Of a DNA stretch of 36,190 bases, positions 32,930-36,190 are shown one piece after another. Made by a program: the position numbers and the translations under genes. Source of the stretch: Trichinella spiralis (lineage: Eukaryota); NCBI RefSeq assembly GCF_000181795.1, contig NW_003526940.1, forward strand, positions 2,269,790 to 2,305,979, given 5' to 3'. The notes below the pieces were generated by a model. The model saw only the letters and a list, made by a program, of their open reading frames with translations, searched no databases and was not told the DNA's origin. The first letter of the stretch is position 1; every line of letters begins with the position of its first letter.

Positions 32930-33083
32930 GTCTGTACATGAGGAGTTTTGTCACCTTTTAACAAAGTGGTTTGATGTAATTTAGGTTATTAAAAATGCGC
33001 TTGACTGCACTGACCTTTTTTATTAAATTGATTTAACATTTACAATAATATTTGCTTGTATAAAAATTGCGGTTTACTTTTAG

Positions 33084-33843
33084 GGTTGAAATTTCCTTCG
33101 TTGTGGAGGCCATCCCAGTTTTTGGACAAATATATTATTGAAGCTGCTGAAAAGTTATCGATTTCACGAAAAGAATTTGTTCGTGATCTGCCCATAGAAT
33201 GGCCGAAAAGTATGCTCAGTTTAATGTTTAATATTATTAAAATATTCATGCTATTTAAACCTTTTTATACACAACTCCCGTTGCATAACCAAAATGCAGA
33301 TTTTATAAAGAAAAACAACAAATATTAAGTACTGTTTTGAAACTTTAGTTGGAAAACTTTCTGAGAAATATGCTTCAGGTGTTGCATGTTATGAAATTAA
33401 TTAATTATTTGTGTTTATGAAATTATTTCCTTGTTCTTCAGTGATTTGTTTTAGGTAAAGTACTTGAATCATTTCAATGCTTTGGTAAACTTGAGATGAG
33501 CTGGTTCAGTGGCATTGTCGAACGTCCAAGCAATGGTAGATGATGAAATGCTAATCACCGCTTCTTTTATTCTACTAATTGAGCTTTATGTTTAGAACGT
33601 GCATATTTACTTTTCGAGAAAGAAGAAGATGTAAAGACTATGCTTGCTAGCAGCCGACACGTAGGTGATGGTTATGAAGTGAAATTGAAAGATTCATCTG
33701 GTGAACCTCGACCGGTAAGTTCTTTAAGAAAGTTTTGCATATTATATTAAAGATGAATATTTATTGATTGATCAATATTTTAGGTGGTCCTTGAACCATG
33801 GATCATAGCTGAAGGTGTTTGTTTGGATGAAAGAGTTAGGTAA
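33084..33843 (+). pseudogene. CPEB-like RRM1 exons (33084-33209, 33596-33714, 33784-~33843)
   Basis: Phase-compatible GT-AG splicing gives ..ISRKEFVRDLPIEWPK|KRAYLLFEKEEDVKTML..GEPRP|VVLEPWIIAE. This is comparable to CPEB SRKVFVGGLP..VDWP..YAFLLFQDESSVQAL..KPVQIRPW. About 20 aa are missing between LP and IEWP, and no RRM2 or ZZ domain follows. Confidence 0.5.
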
Positions 33844-34089
33844 CAAAAAAATCTAGATGTAACCGGCGTCTTAGAGCAGTCTGATGCCAAAATTAAATTA
33901 TTGAAATAAGCGTACACTACAGAAGGAATCAGTAAAAGCTGAAAAAGTCACTGGAATTGCAATAAGTGGGAACTAATAGAACTCAGTTCAATGATAAAAC
34001 GCAAATCTATTTGAAAACATCATTGTTTCAAGTCCGAAAAAAACATCATTCCATTTTATATCTTTAAGAAACTTCGTTTCAAAAAATGA

Positions 34090-34340
34090 GAAATTGGATT
34101 ATGTCCAAATACGGTAATTAACCTGCAATGCACCCTGTATTTGGGAAAACTTTGATGAAAAAAATCATCCAATCAATGATCAAAGTTCCGTAGCGAATTA
34201 AATAGTGCCAGTCACTCGCCCAATTACTGATCAAAACTGAGTAGCCAATAAAACGGTATAAGTCATCAGCCAATCAGCAATCAAATGACCTACAGCCTAT
34301 CACGGAACAGCCAATCACAAAATTGTGACCAAATTTTTGG
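34090..34340 (+). repeat. CCAAT-rich dispersed repeat related to the family-C upstream region
   Basis: Reverse complement of ~15500-15750 (ATCATCCAATCAATGA, GTCACTCGCCCAATT.CTGATCAAAA, CAATCACAAAATTGTG), and similar to 520-720. Confidence 0.7.
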
Positions 34341-34932
34341 GGGCATAAAACAAAAAAATTTCTTGATTTTGCTACATTAGTATAAAACAGGTAAAAATGA
34401 AGCTAATGGAAGAATTAGGACTGTTGAACAGCCTTCGGAAGAAAAATCAAGGAAAAACTGCAACCCAGCTCAAAATTTTCCCCGCTTTGGTCATCGGAAA
34501 GTTAAAGCGATAAAAGTTAGCTATCACTATTCCAAATTATATAATAAATAAGAACTTTGTTTTAAAAATTGGGAAAATGGGAATTATTTATTTTAATAAA
34601 AATATTTAAGTGGTTGCTTATTTTATCCTGAAAATGTTTTATATTACTGTAGCATTCGGTAGAATTTCTCATTGTGCTGTGTGTGAAAAATTGTGTAAGT
34701 TTAGAATAAAAATTTTTAGCAGTATAAAATACTAAATTTTTAATCAAAAACATCATATAAACATTGATAAATTATCAACTATAATGCTTTAGATGGCTTT
34801 ATAACTTTGATTGTTTTTGGCAATTTCCTTTCAGTTATTTTATTCCTGTGATGAAATTGAGTATTTTTTTTAACGAATTAAATGCTTATTTTAAATTATA
34901 TTCCTGAAATTTATTATTTTTAGCTCTTAATA

Positions 34933-35305
34933 ATGGCATCTTTATTGCGATTTAATCCAATGGTAGAGTTTTCTCGCGGAGGTGTTGCTTTGCAAGTCAA
35001 TTTAGTGGCTGCTAAAGGCTTACTGGAAATTATGAGAACCAATTTAGGGCCCAAAGGAACAATGAAAATGTTCGTTTTGTTTATTTATTTTGGTGGTGTT
35101 CATTGTTTTAATTTATAGGTTAGTATCAGGCTCTGGTGATATCAAAATTTCAAAAGATGGTAACGTTCTTCTAAACGAAATGGTATTGAATGCAAAAAAG
35201 TGGTTTATTTTTTTTTATTTAATTAATTTTTTTCAGCAAATCAAAGTTCCAACAGCGTCGATGATTGCTAAAACCAGCACTGCGCTGAATGATATTACCG
35301 GCGAC
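34933..35305 (+). CDS. CCT6: T-complex protein 1 subunit zeta (chaperonin CCT6), first three exons, cut by assembly gap
   Basis: Exons 34933-35069, 35119-35182 and 35237-35305 (introns 49 and 54 bp, GT-AG) splice to [74 protein letters not shown], the diagnostic CCT-zeta N-terminus. Confidence 0.9.
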
Positions 35306-35315
35306 NNNNNNNNNN

Positions 35316-36190
35316 CCCCCCTATTTAAAGTTACGTTTATGAAATCAAAAAAATGCCCTAGATAAACACGGTTATTTAAACATCTCTTTGCTCAGTTATC
35401 TCTTTTTCAGACTGCTCCATATGTTGCTTCTATACTATTGTAGAATAAATGCAAATTAGATAATAAAGATATTAAATTTGTAAAGAACAAAAACCGTCAA
35501 TTCTATTTTTCATTTATTTCACTCCTCAATGCTTATCATTAGCTTGTGCTATTTTCCGTGTCGTAGGTTTGAGATGTGTTTTTGAATGATGAGAATAAAT
35601 AATAATGAATTTCAGTTTGTATCTCAAAGAACCGACATAAGCCAATACACAAAGGAAGATGCCACACGCTCAAGTGCACAAATCATAATGACAAATACGG
35701 ATTGTGAATAAACATAAAAACAATGGCCTAATGTAGCACATTATTACTGTAATATTGCAGCCAATCCATTTTTTCAACATAACGATTAGTTGGTTGCCGT
35801 GGCACAGCGTCTACAAGTTTAGAAATGGACTTTTTCCACGTTATCGTTGTATTGCCCATCTTGTCCATGGTATATATTGTATTAAAGTTCTGATTTGCTT
35901 GTTGTTGTAAAATGGAAATTTCTGTACTATACATTTGCTCAGTTCTGAAGCGCTTATATCGAATAGCAGAAAAGTTTCTGCGAAAACAGTCTGTTGATCA
36001 GCATGGATGTAAAGAAGTAAAATGCAAAAGCAAACTTACAAGAATAAAATTAAGCAATAAGATAATCTTTTGTGAACAGTGAAATGTAAAACGCAAAAGC
36101 TTTTTAAAAGCATCATTTGCAAAGCCTAAAAACAAATATACACATTTCCAGGTTATAACTAAAAGATTTTTCTTTAAAAAATAGTAAATG
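35316..36190 (+). repeat. Further copy of the 5' part of the ~2.3 kb unit
   Basis: ORF 35728-35934 is identical to 15-221; ~35760-36190 matches ~47-477; 35316-35715 matches ~4515-4905. Confidence 0.9.

Noticed and set aside
35070..35118. Non-canonical or U12 intron in CCT6
   Set aside because: It resolves as an ordinary phase-2 GT-AG intron (AT|GTTCGT..TATAG|G).

Overview
Eukaryotic, AT-rich draft-assembly scaffold with many 10-N contig joins, two sized gaps and homopolymer-type errors at contig ends. Introns are 49-78 bp GT-AG. It is most likely a nematode of the Trichinella type; this is inferred from intron size and the recognisable FLYWCH-MULE families and is not proven. The window is a transposon-dense region. 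(1) 1-11.3 kb: tandem copies of a ~2.3 kb unit carrying a truncated FLYWCH-MULE gene. These are followed by a structure in which a ~640-bp inverted repeat encloses two convergent, intron-containing, mutually divergent Mutator-like transposase paralogues: a decayed full-length gene on + and an intact spliced 142-aa DNA-binding-only ORF on -. (2) 12-18.3 kb: MITE-like elements, MULE relics and dispersed repeats. (3) 18340-23501: a Mag-type Ty3/Gypsy element on - (TSD GTCAC, tRNA-Ser PBS), interrupted by an 859-bp long-TIR MITE that replaced part of pol. (4) 23733-28484: a young BEL/Pao element on + (TSD GACAC, LTRs ~99% identical, tRNA-Tyr PBS). It has lost its reverse transcriptase by an in-frame deletion and sits inside a small TIR element. 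(5) 29.6-31.8 kb: an old BEL/Pao relic. (6) 32-35.3 kb: a cluster of same-strand host exon fragments (spectrin-repeat-like, FET-type RRM, CPEB-like RRM) and the first three exons of CCT6 (TCP-1 zeta), ending at a gap. After that gap the repeat that opens the window recurs. No rRNA, tRNA gene or CRISPR array was seen.
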